64,000 nt of DNA, taken from IMG/VR virus record IMGVR_UViG_3300028327_000538, positions 1-64,000 of that record. One strand, 5' to 3'. How positions within the stretch are numbered: the stretch's first letter is position 1; every line of letters starts with the position of its first letter. This DNA comes from a virus. Lineage: Duplodnaviria; Caudoviricetes. The position numbers and the translations under genes were made by a program. Shown here piece by piece: positions 9,135 to 19,460 of this stretch. The notes beneath the pieces were generated by a model. That model worked only from the letters and a program-made list of their open reading frames with translations, ran no database searches and was not told the origin of the DNA.

Positions 9135-10211
9135 TTAGAAGTCCCATTTGATGTCCATTGAGAACGTGCCTAGCCTGTAGTAGTCCGTCCTGTAGATGTT
9201 GTAGGGGATTTTGTTGTTGTAGAGGACGCTCTGCGAAAGCGAGAACCATCCGCCCTGGAGCGCTCCCGTCACTTCCCAGAACTGCGGGAATCCCCAATGG
9301 GCGGGAGCGGCAAACCAGCCGTAGTCTTCGTCAGTTTTCGCCGTGAAAGTATAAATTCGGCGGCTTCTGTCGAAATGCTCATGCTCAAAATTGAAATCAA
9401 AACTTTTCCCGCCGCCCCAAAAAATCATGTGTTGCGCCGAAAATGTGATATTCTTGGATGTGCTCTTCCCGTCAGCGCTAACGGCTGTCAACGTAACCGG
9501 CACCCAATCGCTTTCAATCAAGATGCTCTGTGGCAGCAGAAAAGGGAAACTGCTAACGCTGATGGGGGGACCATTGGAAATGGTGATCTGCACAAGCGCC
9601 GGTTCCTCAGAAAAGGACGCGTCAATCACGATGTTTTTGAGGGATGTGCCGTAGGGTATAGAGGCGTTGGAGCTTGTTGAGCCGCCTGGTATTCCATCGG
9701 CGGATATGACAAATCTTTCGATTGCCACTGAGGACAAATCCTTTTTGAAGGGTATCTGCGGGTCAAAGATGAAAGTGTGCTCGTCAACATAACGGCCAAC
9801 AATTACCGCCCAAATCCCCTCCGGCTCGGCTTTCAGATAGCTGTCGCGCCCCAGCCAGAGAACTCCGTTGCTCTTGGGGAGGGACATGGCGTTGCGGGGG
9901 TCAACATCGCCCAAAGCGCCTACAGTAGGATTTTGAGTCCTGATCTTTTGGGGCAGTTCTTTGGTGATGTTGTACATCAGCCCCTGCTTCATGGCGACGC
10001 GGATGACATCTCCGACTTCGCCGTCCTCAAGAGCCACCGCGTCAACCCAGGGGAGTGTTCTGTTGACTGTGCCCACCCAATTGGAATTGAGTAATTGGGC
10101 GGAATCGCCCATGACTATCAGGCACTGTCCGGCCTTTGCCCTATGGAACAGACGCAGGGTTGATTCGGGATTTCTCATTACAGCCAGCCCCAGGAAAAGA
10201 GACGCCGCCAC
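9135..10211 (-). CDS. Putative virion structural (decoration/fibre) protein
   Basis: 358 aa, beta-rich, inside the head operon; start uncertain. Confidence 0.45.
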   Translation of the reverse strand: MAASLFLGLAVMRNPESTLRLFHRAKAGQCLIVMGDSAQLLNSNWVGTVNRTLPWVDAVALEDGEVGDVIRVAMKQGLMYNITKELPQKIRTQNPTVGALGDVDPRNAMSLPKSNGVLWLGRDSYLKAEPEGIWAVIVGRYVDEHTFIFDPQIPFKKDLSSVAIERFVISADGIPGGSTSSNASIPYGTSLKNIVIDASFSEEPALVQITISNGPPISVSSFPFLLPQSILIESDWVPVTLTAVSADGKSTSKNITFSAQHMIFWGGGKSFDFNFEHEHFDRSRRIYTFTAKTDEDYGWFAAPAHWGFPQFWEVTGALQGGWFSLSQSVLYNNKIPYNIYRTDYYRLGTFSMDIKWDF

Positions 10212-10444
10212 CAGGGTTTGTGCTGGGGAATAAGCGGCTCTATATCCTCTGGATTCTTTCTGGCCCGTTCACTGGCTTTCATAAGCTCGTCATGGGTGAA
10301 CAAAAACGGATCGTTTTGCAGATACGGCCAATCCAGGATGTCGCTCGGCATTTCGGCTGGGCGCAATCTTACCGCGTAATAGTATTCATTGCTGCCGAAT
10401 TTTCGGCCAGCGTTTTTAACTAAATGGTAAATACCATAAGACAT
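10178..10444 (-). CDS. Hypothetical phage protein
   Basis: 88 aa with AAGGA RBS; in operon. Confidence 0.6.
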   Translation of the reverse strand: MSYGIYHLVKNAGRKFGSNEYYYAVRLRPAEMPSDILDWPYLQNDPFLFTHDELMKASERARKNPEDIEPLIPQHKPWWRRLFSWGWL

Positions 10445-10453
10445 GGCGCATCC

Positions 10454-10960
10454 TTATTTGTTCTTGCGTCCCTTGCCCTTTTTAGAAGCAGTCTCGGCGT
10501 CTTCGGATTCTTCAGTTTCTTCGGCGCCGTCTTCTTCGGTTGTAACTTTAGGCAGGGCAAAGTTTTTCTCAAGCTCCAAAAACTTGTCAGTTACATCGCC
10601 GGATGGAGTAATCAAAGCGTTTTGGTTGTCCTCTTCCCACTGGCGCTTTTCTCTCTCGTGCTGTTTTTGCAGTTTTTCTTTATGAGCTTCCGTCGAGTCT
10701 TCGGTGAATTTGGGCTTTTGCGGTTCTTTACCGACCAGCGCCGTTATAGACACCTCGGCTTTACGGGCTAAGGGCATATATTTATAATTTTTCATTGATT
10801 GTTCGTCTGTAAACGTCTTTACCCGATTGGCCTTTTCATAGGTTTGTATTTCCGGCGTCAGCGGCAGAATGCGATATTTACCCTCGCTTAAAAGCTGCCC
10901 TTTAATTATTACGTTTCCATTGATGGCTTTAACGTAAACCATAGTTTCGTTTCTTGGCAT
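10454..10960 (-). CDS. Hypothetical protein downstream of the major capsid gene
   Basis: AGGAG RBS; acidic/basic low-complexity tail. Confidence 0.65.
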   Translation of the reverse strand: MPRNETMVYVKAINGNVIIKGQLLSEGKYRILPLTPEIQTYEKANRVKTFTDEQSMKNYKYMPLARKAEVSITALVGKEPQKPKFTEDSTEAHKEKLQKQHEREKRQWEEDNQNALITPSGDVTDKFLELEKNFALPKVTTEEDGAEETEESEDAETASKKGKGRKNK

Positions 10961-11005
10961 ATTTGCTCCTGTTGTTTAATTAAGTTTAACACATTTTTTT
11001 TAAAT

Positions 11006-11035
11006 AAAAAACGGGATTAAATATAACCCCGTTTC
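11006..11035 (-). terminator. Rho-independent terminator after the major capsid gene
   Basis: Minus strand AAACGGGGTTA-tatt-TAATCCCGTTTTTT. Confidence 0.6.
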
Positions 11036-11056
11036 ACTTTAAATTAGTCGCTTGAA

Positions 11057-12100
11057 TTAGTCTATGAAATCAATTCTTACGACGCTTCTTATGTTGCCTA
11101 TTCCGGCTCCCTGTACTGACCATGCCCACCACTCAAGCTGATTTGTGCGGCGCTTGAATTCCTGCTGAACATCTCTATATATGAAGTTAGAGCCTAAGAA
11201 CTCCGGCGCTGTAATAACGTATATAGAATTAACCGGCCAAGCCGAGCCTTCCGTTCCTTCAGGGTCGTTTTCCGGGGCAGTAACAAAACTGGCCGACATA
11301 TCGTTGTCTTGCGGCTTGATGTCGGGATTGTCTTCGTGCAACGCGCCAGTGCCCTTTCTGGAGTTTATGGAGGTAACAAGTTCCAGCCCCGTAAAGGTCT
11401 TAAATGCGCGAGCAGTCTCAAAAGTAGCGTTGCTTGTGAGGGTGCCCAACTGCATGATGTCGAGCAGCCCAATATCCAGTTGTCGGCTCTCGGTCATGAT
11501 TGCGCGGGTTGCACGTCTGCGGCCATCACTGCCGCCCAATTTTTTATTTCCAGTGCCGTCCAGAATCATTCTTTGGGCCTCAGTAATAATGGCTTTTAAA
11601 TCCTTGGGGACATAACCGGCAATTGTAATAACCTGCCCGGAAAGCAGGGCGGCGGCGTCAAGGATCTTGCGAAAATCCTTGTCAAGGGCTTCCTGGATGT
11701 CCATGATAAAGTTGTTCTCGACTACCTGGCGCACGGGATAGTCCATGGTCGCCATTTCTTCCATAGTGTGCTGGAAGTGCTCGCTCTCGTATTTATTGAA
11801 GTACACTTCATAGCGGGAGCCTTCAAACCACTTGCCTTGACCACGGTTGCGATAGCCCATGGAAAGAGCTTTACTGTCAGGCTCAATATCAATGCGCTTC
11901 AAGGGGTAGAGATCGTTGGTGTTACGTTCAACTTCGCCATCGCCAATAGAGATAGGCGGAATAACGCGATTAAGAACCGACGTCTCACGAAGTCTGTCGC
12001 GCAAAAAGGTCTGCGTGGCGGACGCTGTTTTTACCTGAGCTTCAGGATGGTCTAATATATCCCAGAGCTGTTTTACAAGAATAGAGTTTTCATTTGCCAT
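11057..12100 (-). CDS. Major capsid protein
   Basis: 347 aa from ATG 12100 (AGGGGAAG RBS); follows protease, scaffold-like and decoration genes and precedes a terminator; C-terminal GAGIGNIRSVVRIDF; N-terminal VKTAS site. Confidence 0.75.
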   Translation of the reverse strand: MANENSILVKQLWDILDHPEAQVKTASATQTFLRDRLRETSVLNRVIPPISIGDGEVERNTNDLYPLKRIDIEPDSKALSMGYRNRGQGKWFEGSRYEVYFNKYESEHFQHTMEEMATMDYPVRQVVENNFIMDIQEALDKDFRKILDAAALLSGQVITIAGYVPKDLKAIITEAQRMILDGTGNKKLGGSDGRRRATRAIMTESRQLDIGLLDIMQLGTLTSNATFETARAFKTFTGLELVTSINSRKGTGALHEDNPDIKPQDNDMSASFVTAPENDPEGTEGSAWPVNSIYVITAPEFLGSNFIYRDVQQEFKRRTNQLEWWAWSVQGAGIGNIRSVVRIDFID

Positions 12101-12111
12101 GCTTCTTCCCC

Positions 12112-12504
12112 TTAGATTGTTTTGAAACGGATCATGTCGCCATTGACGGATAGAACAAACCACCTGGCCTTTGTTTCGTCTGTGGTCACAACTAATTTGC
12201 CCCCGTCGGAAATCGCCAGATAGTCGTCGGGTTCCGGTGTGCCCTCATAAACATTGGTCTCGAATTCGCCGTCATTCCATATCGTAGTAATGGTGCCCGA
12301 AGACTGGCGATTCTTTAACTCCCAAACGAATTCGGCCAAACGCTCATCACCAGGGCCAGCAAGTTCATATTTGCCTTTGGATGGCTTAACCAGCATCGCA
12401 AGTGTCAAGCCGTCGATATTCTTAGCCAATGTCCTGGCACAAGTAATCGCGCTGTAAACCCCGTCATGGAACCCCGCTAGAACATTGAAACGAGCTACTG
12501 ACAT
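12112..12504 (-). CDS. Putative capsid decoration/cement protein
   Basis: 130 aa, beta-rich, directly upstream of the capsid gene; AGGAG RBS. Confidence 0.5.
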   Translation of the reverse strand: MSVARFNVLAGFHDGVYSAITCARTLAKNIDGLTLAMLVKPSKGKYELAGPGDERLAEFVWELKNRQSSGTITTIWNDGEFETNVYEGTPEPDDYLAISDGGKLVVTTDETKARWFVLSVNGDMIRFKTI

Positions 12505-12513
12505 TGTGTTCTC

Positions 12514-12804
12514 CTATTTGTAAAAAATTTCTAAAATTTCGGCTTCCGCAGCCATCATTTTTTCAGTGCCGTCTTCTTCGTCAGAAAAAGCCGTTTTAGT
12601 GTAAAAATCGTTGCCAACAGCCTGGCAAAAGCTATGTCGCGCAGACGACTCACCCGCCACTTTCTCAGACTGTTGCTGTTGCTGCTGTGGCGGTTGCTTG
12701 GGTTCGGGCTGATACTGCTGCCCCATCATCTGCTGCCGTTCATCCAGTAACGCCTGAATGACAATGGCGGCGTCTTTTAGCAGTTGGAGTAATTGGGGAT
12801 CCAT
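12514..12804 (-). CDS. Scaffold/internal head-like protein (K-x-A)
   Basis: Gln-rich and acidic; EKVA, TKTA. Confidence 0.55.
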   Translation of the reverse strand: MDPQLLQLLKDAAIVIQALLDERQQMMGQQYQPEPKQPPQQQQQQSEKVAGESSARHSFCQAVGNDFYTKTAFSDEEDGTEKMMAAEAEILEIFYK

Positions 12805-12806
12805 CT

Positions 12807-13112
12807 CTACCTCCCCATCATGCGTAAAAAGGCTTCGGCCTGTTTACCGGCGGCTGTTTTGGAGACACCGTAATTGATATTGATTACGGGGGCGCCAGAG
12901 CCACCCTGAGCGCCGCCGGCAACGGGCGGCTGAGATTCTTCCGAAGGCTCGCCATTGGCTTCCAATACCTCGCGCAACTGGGTCAAGACCCTTTCGGCGG
13001 AAACAGCCAAATCATCCTGCGGGGCTTCGCTGGGCTGCATGGGAGCTTCGCCGTCGGCGGTCTTCATGACTTCCTCGGCTTCGGCCATTATTTTGTCAAA
13101 CCACGTAGTCAT
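12807..13112 (-). CDS. Scaffold/internal head-like protein (K-x-A)
   Basis: Acidic; MKTA, SKTA. Confidence 0.55.
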   Translation of the reverse strand: MTTWFDKIMAEAEEVMKTADGEAPMQPSEAPQDDLAVSAERVLTQLREVLEANGEPSEESQPPVAGGAQGGSGAPVININYGVSKTAAGKQAEAFLRMMGR

Positions 13113-13122
13113 CTAATTCGGC

Positions 13123-13587
13123 CTATTGGATAAAAGACGAAATCGCGCTTTTAAGAGTGTCGCTGGCAGCTTTATCCATCTCTGAATCCTGCTCAATCAG
13201 GGAGAGAGCTATATCGGCGTAACTTTTAGCCAGCTCAGGATTTTGGTTGAGGCCCGATCTGACCAGCTCCACGACCAAATCGCTTCGCCCGTCATTCATG
13301 GCCTGTTCCATCGCCTGATAGATTGTCTGATAATCTCGCGTGGGGTCTGTGGAAGCATCTTCCTCCGCACGAACAGCGGCTTCGTCCACAGTGCCTTCAG
13401 CATTGCCCATTTTTATGAGCATTGTATTAATCGCTTTTTGCGCGGCCTGATGCGCGACCTTTTCCATCATGGGAGTAATAACGGCTGCTATCTTTTCTAT
13501 AAGCTGATCCTGCATATCCGAGGCTTCTTTTATACGATCCTGCTCAGTAATAGCATCAGTAAGTTTCTGATAAGGCTGTTTTTTCAT
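13123..13587 (-). CDS. Scaffold/internal head-like protein (K-x-A)
   Basis: Helical and acidic; IKEA, EKIA, EKVA, DKAA. Confidence 0.55.
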   Translation of the reverse strand: MKKQPYQKLTDAITEQDRIKEASDMQDQLIEKIAAVITPMMEKVAHQAAQKAINTMLIKMGNAEGTVDEAAVRAEEDASTDPTRDYQTIYQAMEQAMNDGRSDLVVELVRSGLNQNPELAKSYADIALSLIEQDSEMDKAASDTLKSAISSFIQ

Positions 13588-13611
13588 TATTAATACTCCG
13601 GTGTTTATTTA

Positions 13612-15072
13612 TTATCTCAATAAAATATTAGGGGCGCAAGTTAAATTTGAATTTGACAGGTATATATCCTTAAAATCCGCGATTTTATTTAAATCCGGCG
13701 CTTCGGATGTCCCCAGGAGAACCTGTCTTAACCCCAGTCCTATGGCCGCGCTCATAACCGGATGCTCCTTGACCTGGTTTCTATATAATAGATACAAACC
13801 GGTAAGAACAGCCCCGACGCCAAGCTCACGATTAAACTCAGCGGAAGTCTTGATAAGTTTTCTCGCTGAATCGTAAATGCGATCCTCAAGGGTATGGATT
13901 GACCGCATGTTTATGGAGTCTTGCCTTATTCTTTCGGCGAGCATTTCAACCTTTTTACTCGCTGATGATGGCGTTGACAGCTCAAAGGTATCGGGGATCT
14001 TTGGATTACTGTCTAAAACAACTTTTGAGCCAATTACTTTTTTCGCTATTTCCTCTTGTTTGAGACATAAAAAAACGAGCGCGGCATATTCGTTTGGCTT
14101 CAATACAATACCCTTGCTGGCGTATGCTCCTAAAATATCCTGGAGATTATGATTAGCCGCCCTGACCATCGTTTTGAGTTCGCCAAATTCTATTGTGTCC
14201 TCCGCATTGGAGACGCGCTCAATAGCGTCCAGCATGTGCTGGGGAATCGCTATTGTCTCCGGTTCCTCCTCGGCCAGCTTGTCGAATCTGCCGATGTCGA
14301 AATAATCAGCCAGGTCGACATTGCCCGCTATCTTCTCCAACTGCATCCCGGCCAGAAACGCCGGGCGCGTCACTTTGGAAATGTCGAAAAATCTTGGGTG
14401 GAGATTAATGGCGGCGACACGCCTGCCATCCGCGAGAATTTTGTTCTTCTGGTACTGCAGGTGATTGCAGTAGCGCAATATGCTCGGAGCTTTGTTCCCG
14501 CAGATGGAGCAGACGTCATAGGGCACCGTGCATCCCATTGAAAATGACAGGGGGGTGTTCCTCGCTATCGCTTCCGCGGTTTCGGGGTCTTTTTTGTTAT
14601 TAACCTCAAGAATAAGAAGTATCGTGCCCATTTTAGGAAACCAAAACGAGTTTCTTACCTTACCAAAGGACGGATCTCGTTCTATCTTGTTCTTGTGATG
14701 ATGAAAAAAATGCGCGTCTTCAAAGGTCTTGTACCTGACTTTTGGTTCGCTTGATTGGTCAAGGCGCTCATCTTTTGACGGTTCATAAGATACGGAACCC
14801 CATTTTGTGCTGCTGTTCTGCTTACCGAGCAACGCGGCGACGGGAAAGTGATCGGCGTTGTTGTTCGCACCCCAAATATCACCGGCGCCCATAGCCGTCA
14901 GAAGCAGATAGCTATGCCCGTCTTTCTTTTTCAGACCTTTTATGGCCTCGTCAACTTCTTTCGGAAATTCCCTCTCATTCGCAACTTTATTAAAAAGAGA
15001 CCTGTCCCTATCCGCCAGGGAGAGTGAGATGCGATCTCTTTCGTTGAGGTTGGTGTCCAAGAGTTTGTACAT
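13612..15072 (-). CDS. Prohead maturation protease with Zn-finger insert
   Basis: NNNADHF, FHHHKN (candidate His), FSMGC (candidate Ser) followed by CSIC...CNH, then FFDISKV; upstream of scaffold and capsid genes. Confidence 0.7.
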   Translation of the reverse strand: MYKLLDTNLNERDRISLSLADRDRSLFNKVANEREFPKEVDEAIKGLKKKDGHSYLLLTAMGAGDIWGANNNADHFPVAALLGKQNSSTKWGSVSYEPSKDERLDQSSEPKVRYKTFEDAHFFHHHKNKIERDPSFGKVRNSFWFPKMGTILLILEVNNKKDPETAEAIARNTPLSFSMGCTVPYDVCSICGNKAPSILRYCNHLQYQKNKILADGRRVAAINLHPRFFDISKVTRPAFLAGMQLEKIAGNVDLADYFDIGRFDKLAEEEPETIAIPQHMLDAIERVSNAEDTIEFGELKTMVRAANHNLQDILGAYASKGIVLKPNEYAALVFLCLKQEEIAKKVIGSKVVLDSNPKIPDTFELSTPSSASKKVEMLAERIRQDSINMRSIHTLEDRIYDSARKLIKTSAEFNRELGVGAVLTGLYLLYRNQVKEHPVMSAAIGLGLRQVLLGTSEAPDLNKIADFKDIYLSNSNLTCAPNILLR

Positions 15073-15147
15073 AGCGTATCTACCAAAAGCGCGTCAAAGA
15101 TCATTTGACGCGCAGTGTGAGTGAGTGATTGGGCTTATAGCGTTTTA

Positions 15148-15885
15148 TTAATTGGCGTTTTTCAGACGATGGATGCCATAACCAGCAGTACCCAGGGCAG
15201 CCGCTGCCGCCGCAATTACACCGGCTTTACCGCCATTGCTACGATTGCCCCACAACGGGCCGACAATTTTATTAACTAAGCGTTTGTTTCCCATCTCTTT
15301 AATTCCAGATGTTATTCGCTTCGTCTCATGGACTTCATTGCTATTTAGTGTACTTAATAAACTATTATATTGTTTATTGGAAAGCTCTCCACTTGCGTGT
15401 CGTCTAGCTAAAGCCTTTGCATCGCTAGAGTAATCCGCCTTCTTCTCCATATAGACCTGATTCACATAGTCTTCGCCAATCTCATCAATAAGTCCGCCGC
15501 AAATCTCAGTGGCGACTTTGATATACTCCGCAAGAACCTCATTTTGAGCAGTTTTATTCATCTCTTCCATATAGCCGGCAATGTCATACAGGTCGCAGGC
15601 CATGTCGGCATAATCAAGGCTGACGTCATATGTCTCAGCCGCCATTTTCCCCAGACCGCCACACATACGCTCACCAATGCCAATCAAATCATTGCCAAGG
15701 GCTACAAGGTGTTCTGAATCAACGCCTTCCTGAGCGGCTTCCTGCGCGTTCTTCAAAAAGTCCTCCCCAATCTCAACAAGCGCCTGACCTTGCTGAACGG
15801 CCTCAAAAATCCCGTTCAATTGCTCTTCAGCGATTTTGTCGTGACCATAATTTTGGTTGATGAGTTGCTCTATTAAAAGCGGCAT
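15148..15885 (-). CDS. K-x-A motif internal virion-like protein
   Basis: DKIA, GKMA, NKTA, IKVA, EKKA; acidic N-part, basic C-part with Ala/Gly helix. Confidence 0.6.
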   Translation of the reverse strand: MPLLIEQLINQNYGHDKIAEEQLNGIFEAVQQGQALVEIGEDFLKNAQEAAQEGVDSEHLVALGNDLIGIGERMCGGLGKMAAETYDVSLDYADMACDLYDIAGYMEEMNKTAQNEVLAEYIKVATEICGGLIDEIGEDYVNQVYMEKKADYSSDAKALARRHASGELSNKQYNSLLSTLNSNEVHETKRITSGIKEMGNKRLVNKIVGPLWGNRSNGGKAGVIAAAAAALGTAGYGIHRLKNAN

Positions 15886-15952
15886 AAGATTCTCCTTGAG
15901 AGTAAAAATTCAACATTGAATTATTAGGTTGTCTTAAATATCATAACATAAT

Positions 15953-17134
15953 TTAACGCTTATGTGCCGAAGAAACTTCAAGTCCACCAGGCCCTTTTAT
16001 TTTGAATTCGTTTTTCGCGCCGCCGCCAATATCGCGCATCATCTTAATGGTGTTGAGATCAATACCGTCAAAGGTATTAAATTGATTCAAAAGAACTGAA
16101 AGAGTATTGGGGTCTTTTGCTAGATCGGGTGCGAAATTTGATATTGTTTCAAAGTAAGAGCGGGATTTTGGATTTGCGGCAATTTCAGGTTCCAATTGCA
16201 TTACGCTTTGAAAATTCTGCTCCATCTCTTTGCGTTCTTTGTTTCTCGTGTAAGCCCCAATTATTTTTTTCGCGCCATAGCTTAATCCGCCAAGAACTGC
16301 CGCGCCAACCAATTTAGGGGCGTGGTCAATGGCGTTTTGCTTGAGACTCTGCACAAAGCTGGTATTAAGAGGGATATTCATGGACGCGCTTTTTATATAC
16401 GTCCCCTTGGGGCCGATTACTCGTCCGGCGTGTTGAAGCGGCTTCCTTTTGATTGTATTGCCTATGGTTTTTGGCGCTGCCCTCATAGTCTGCTCCATAA
16501 AACCATTCAATGTTTTCGGTGGTTCCAGGGCTTTCTTTTCGAGTAGTTTTCTGTCATTGCATAGCTGATTTATGTGCTGGTATACGGGTATAAGTGTTTC
16601 CGCGAGTTTTGTGTTGGTTTTGCCGAGATATTCCAGCGCTTCATCGTAGGTCATGTTGCGGACGCGGGGATCATGCTCGGCGATTTTACGAATCCAGCCG
16701 TCGAATTTTTGCGTCGTGTCACGGAGTTCTTTGTTTATGTCTTTCAGATGCTCCAGGCGCTCATCGTTGGCCGCTTTCTGCATAGACAGTCTTTGATGGT
16801 AAGGGCTGCCGAAGATACCCAGACCCAATGCCCTGGATGGAGCAGGGTGGGGCTGTTGGGACAGACTGGCCGCTTTATCCATAGCAGGTTCGTCGGGCGA
16901 CAGTATTTCCGTGACTTTATTATAATCGGCGACATCAAAAACCTGCTGTCCGGTTCTGCGATAATGCTCAAGATAACAGGCTTTATTGGATTCCTCTATC
17001 AATCGCTGTGTCTGCTCTCTATTGAGATTATTGTCGGACGCGAAATCGGCGATTTTGGTATTTATAGCAGAGGTATCTGCGGCGCATGACACGCCAATCT
17101 CTTTACCGGCTGTAATTAAATCTATATTGGGCAT
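15953..17134 (-). CDS. K-x-A motif virion-associated protein
   Basis: Seven K-x-A sites, Gly/Ala hydrophobic helix, leaderless promoter. Confidence 0.6.
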   Translation of the reverse strand: MPNIDLITAGKEIGVSCAADTSAINTKIADFASDNNLNREQTQRLIEESNKACYLEHYRRTGQQVFDVADYNKVTEILSPDEPAMDKAASLSQQPHPAPSRALGLGIFGSPYHQRLSMQKAANDERLEHLKDINKELRDTTQKFDGWIRKIAEHDPRVRNMTYDEALEYLGKTNTKLAETLIPVYQHINQLCNDRKLLEKKALEPPKTLNGFMEQTMRAAPKTIGNTIKRKPLQHAGRVIGPKGTYIKSASMNIPLNTSFVQSLKQNAIDHAPKLVGAAVLGGLSYGAKKIIGAYTRNKERKEMEQNFQSVMQLEPEIAANPKSRSYFETISNFAPDLAKDPNTLSVLLNQFNTFDGIDLNTIKMMRDIGGGAKNEFKIKGPGGLEVSSAHKR

Positions 17135-17348
17135 ATGGATATTATATCATGTTTATGCTGCCGCGGTCTCGCAAAACGTTCACCACTGCATCTTCTCGCA
17201 CTCTTCCCAAAATTCAGGGTCGAAGCGGAAAAATTCTGGAGTCATTGGCTTAGGTTCTCTGCTTGGCAGTGCTAGTGGCTGAGGTTTGGTATCCAGAATC
17301 TTTTGTATTTCAGTCAGAATCGCATCAAGATCATCTGTAGCCTTGTCT

Positions 17349-18920
17349 TTAATCATTTTTATCTCCCCTCGGATCAAATGTCGTAATCCGCTCGTTGTTG
17401 TTGCACCCAAGATACATCAAATAGGCGTAAAGCAGCGAGTGGAAGCCGTCATCGGGCAGAGCGTGAGTATATATCATTTTACCCGTCTTATCAGAAAAGT
17501 CTTTGCTGATAGCGAGATAGTCCTTGCCGTATTGGGAAAACTCTTCCCATCTGAACGGGACTACATCGCCGTTTGTCAGCTTGTTAAAGAGGTCTGTCAT
17601 GACTTCTGTTCTGTTCGTGCGGTAGGTGCGCTGTTTCTTGTCCCAGGCCATGAAGTCCTTGATGTATTCATGGCGGATACGTGCCAGACGCGGCGGATCT
17701 CCCAGGCGCTCGTTAATTTCCTCGTTCTGCCCCCACCCGAAACCGTAGTCGGCGCCCACCATTCTGACGTTGAACTCTCTGCATTTTTTGACAATGAATT
17801 CCTTGATGTATTTGGGGTCGTTCTCTGAACCGCCGAATCTTTTGCAATAGACTATCCTGAGTTTTTCCGCGATTCTGTCGTGCCAGCAGATTGTCAGGAA
17901 TGTATAGCCTGACGATCCCGTCGTTTCATTTCCCATGCCCCAATCTATTCCAGCGTAATAAGCATGATTTTTAAGTTTTGCCGGAGGCTCCTCCCACATG
18001 GGGCGGGATTCTTCGCATAAGGCTATAAGCTGTTCGCGTGTAAGCGGCTTGACTCCGTAATCGTAAGGCAACCCAAGCACTTCATTAGAGAATCTCGCGG
18101 CGCTGTATGTGCGCTTGTTGCGGAACAGTTCGTCAAAATCAATGTACTGCGAGGGGAGCATCATGTATTGAAGGTGGATCCCCAAAAAGTCCTTTACATC
18201 CGGCTTGGCGGCCACCCAGATACCATCTAATGTATTTATCAGCCTACGACACTTTTCACACCAGATGCCAGGCTTGTCCATAATCATGTTGTCCTCACCA
18301 AGCTGATTCCAATGCGAGCAAGACCTGCACTTGATAAACCAATGGCATTGATTTGTCTGCTCCCAACTCAGATATAGAGTATTGTCACAAGTCTTTGGCG
18401 TTCCGGTGTAGAAAAACTTTTTCCTTGGCTTATGCTGAGAGCAGGTCTCAATGACGGGGACGAAATCCGCGTCAATGTCCTGGTATTCGTCAAAAAGAAT
18501 CAGTTCCGCTGTTACACCGCGAATGGAGTCAGGAGAGTGAAACGTTGAACGAAAGTGCATGTCCGAATAATTGCGGAGGTATTTGTCCTTGACGTTCATG
18601 ATCCCCTTGCGTCCTGGGTGAAAATTGTTTTTCAATAGAGGAGAGGCGAGCAAAATATCGTCTATTTTTTTTCGGCTGTAAATCTCCATTTGCTTGTGCG
18701 TTGGTGTAACATATAGACTTGAATGATAGCTGTTCATACAAGCCTCTGATAAATGGATACCCGACAACATTGTTGACTTCTCAGCCTGGCGGCTCGACAT
18801 CACCAAGGTACGCTTACACTGACTGTTAATAAAATAGAATATATACGGGCGGTCGGTAAAACGCCAGGGCTGCCCCTCAAGGTACATAGTCCGCTGAATA
18901 AAATCTGAACGTGAAATCAT
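17349..18920 (-). CDS. terL: Terminase large subunit
   Basis: SRQAEKST Walker A variant, IRG...ILFDEYQD Walker B, GTPKT motif III, NEVLGLPY, AGIDWG nuclease, DDGFHS; ATG 18920 preferred. Confidence 0.9.
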   Translation of the reverse strand: MISRSDFIQRTMYLEGQPWRFTDRPYIFYFINSQCKRTLVMSSRQAEKSTMLSGIHLSEACMNSYHSSLYVTPTHKQMEIYSRKKIDDILLASPLLKNNFHPGRKGIMNVKDKYLRNYSDMHFRSTFHSPDSIRGVTAELILFDEYQDIDADFVPVIETCSQHKPRKKFFYTGTPKTCDNTLYLSWEQTNQCHWFIKCRSCSHWNQLGEDNMIMDKPGIWCEKCRRLINTLDGIWVAAKPDVKDFLGIHLQYMMLPSQYIDFDELFRNKRTYSAARFSNEVLGLPYDYGVKPLTREQLIALCEESRPMWEEPPAKLKNHAYYAGIDWGMGNETTGSSGYTFLTICWHDRIAEKLRIVYCKRFGGSENDPKYIKEFIVKKCREFNVRMVGADYGFGWGQNEEINERLGDPPRLARIRHEYIKDFMAWDKKQRTYRTNRTEVMTDLFNKLTNGDVVPFRWEEFSQYGKDYLAISKDFSDKTGKMIYTHALPDDGFHSLLYAYLMYLGCNNNERITTFDPRGDKND

Positions 18921-18933
18921 AACTATATGATAG

Positions 18934-18968
18934 CGCAAATTTTAGTGAGTTTTTGTTATAAACAATAT
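18934..18968 (+). promoter_or_regulatory. Bipartite phage promoter-like motif, copy 1
   Basis: CGCAAA-N11-TTTTGTTATAAACAATAT, then hairpin GAGGAATAA-ttg-TTATTCCTC and TAAGGAG RBS. Confidence 0.7.
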
Positions 18969-19014
18969 GGAGAGGAATAATTGTTATTCCTCATTTCTTT
19001 TTAAGGAGAGACAT

Positions 19015-19248
19015 ATGTCTAATTTTATCTTGATTCATAGAGTGACGAGTCATAAAGCGTGTCTACTGAATACGTCTTATATTAAAAAGATAGAGGGCGA
19101 TTTCGATAGTGATAGGAAAGAACGTGGGGTCATCTATTTAGATTCATCATCGAAATCGTACTCTGGCGTTGTAGATGCAGAAGAACGCATAGAAACACGC
19201 GAAACATTTAACGAAATAATCACTAAATTGTCAGGAGGACTGCTATGA
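19015..19248 (+). CDS. Small early-like hypothetical protein
   Basis: ATG 19015 after TAAGGAG. Confidence 0.6.
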   Translation: MSNFILIHRVTSHKACLLNTSYIKKIEGDFDSDRKERGVIYLDSSSKSYSGVVDAEERIETRETFNEIITKLSGGLL

Positions 19249-19442
19249 GCGAAAACCAAGACTATAGCTGGATCTGGGGTATGGCGCAAATCATACCAAA
19301 CGACCACGGATATGATGTCTTCGTGGAGGGAATAGAGAGAGGTGTTTTTATACGGTCAGAACGAGCGCTGAATTTAGCGGAGGTTCTTGAGGAAACAGCA
19401 AAATACCTGCGTAGAAGAACGCCCGATTTAATCTCGGCTTAA
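19245..19442 (+). CDS. Hypothetical protein
   Basis: GGAGG RBS; ATGA overlap with the previous gene. Confidence 0.6.
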   Translation: MSENQDYSWIWGMAQIIPNDHGYDVFVEGIERGVFIRSERALNLAEVLEETAKYLRRRTPDLISA

Positions 19443-19460
19443 AACAAAAAGAGGCGCTCA

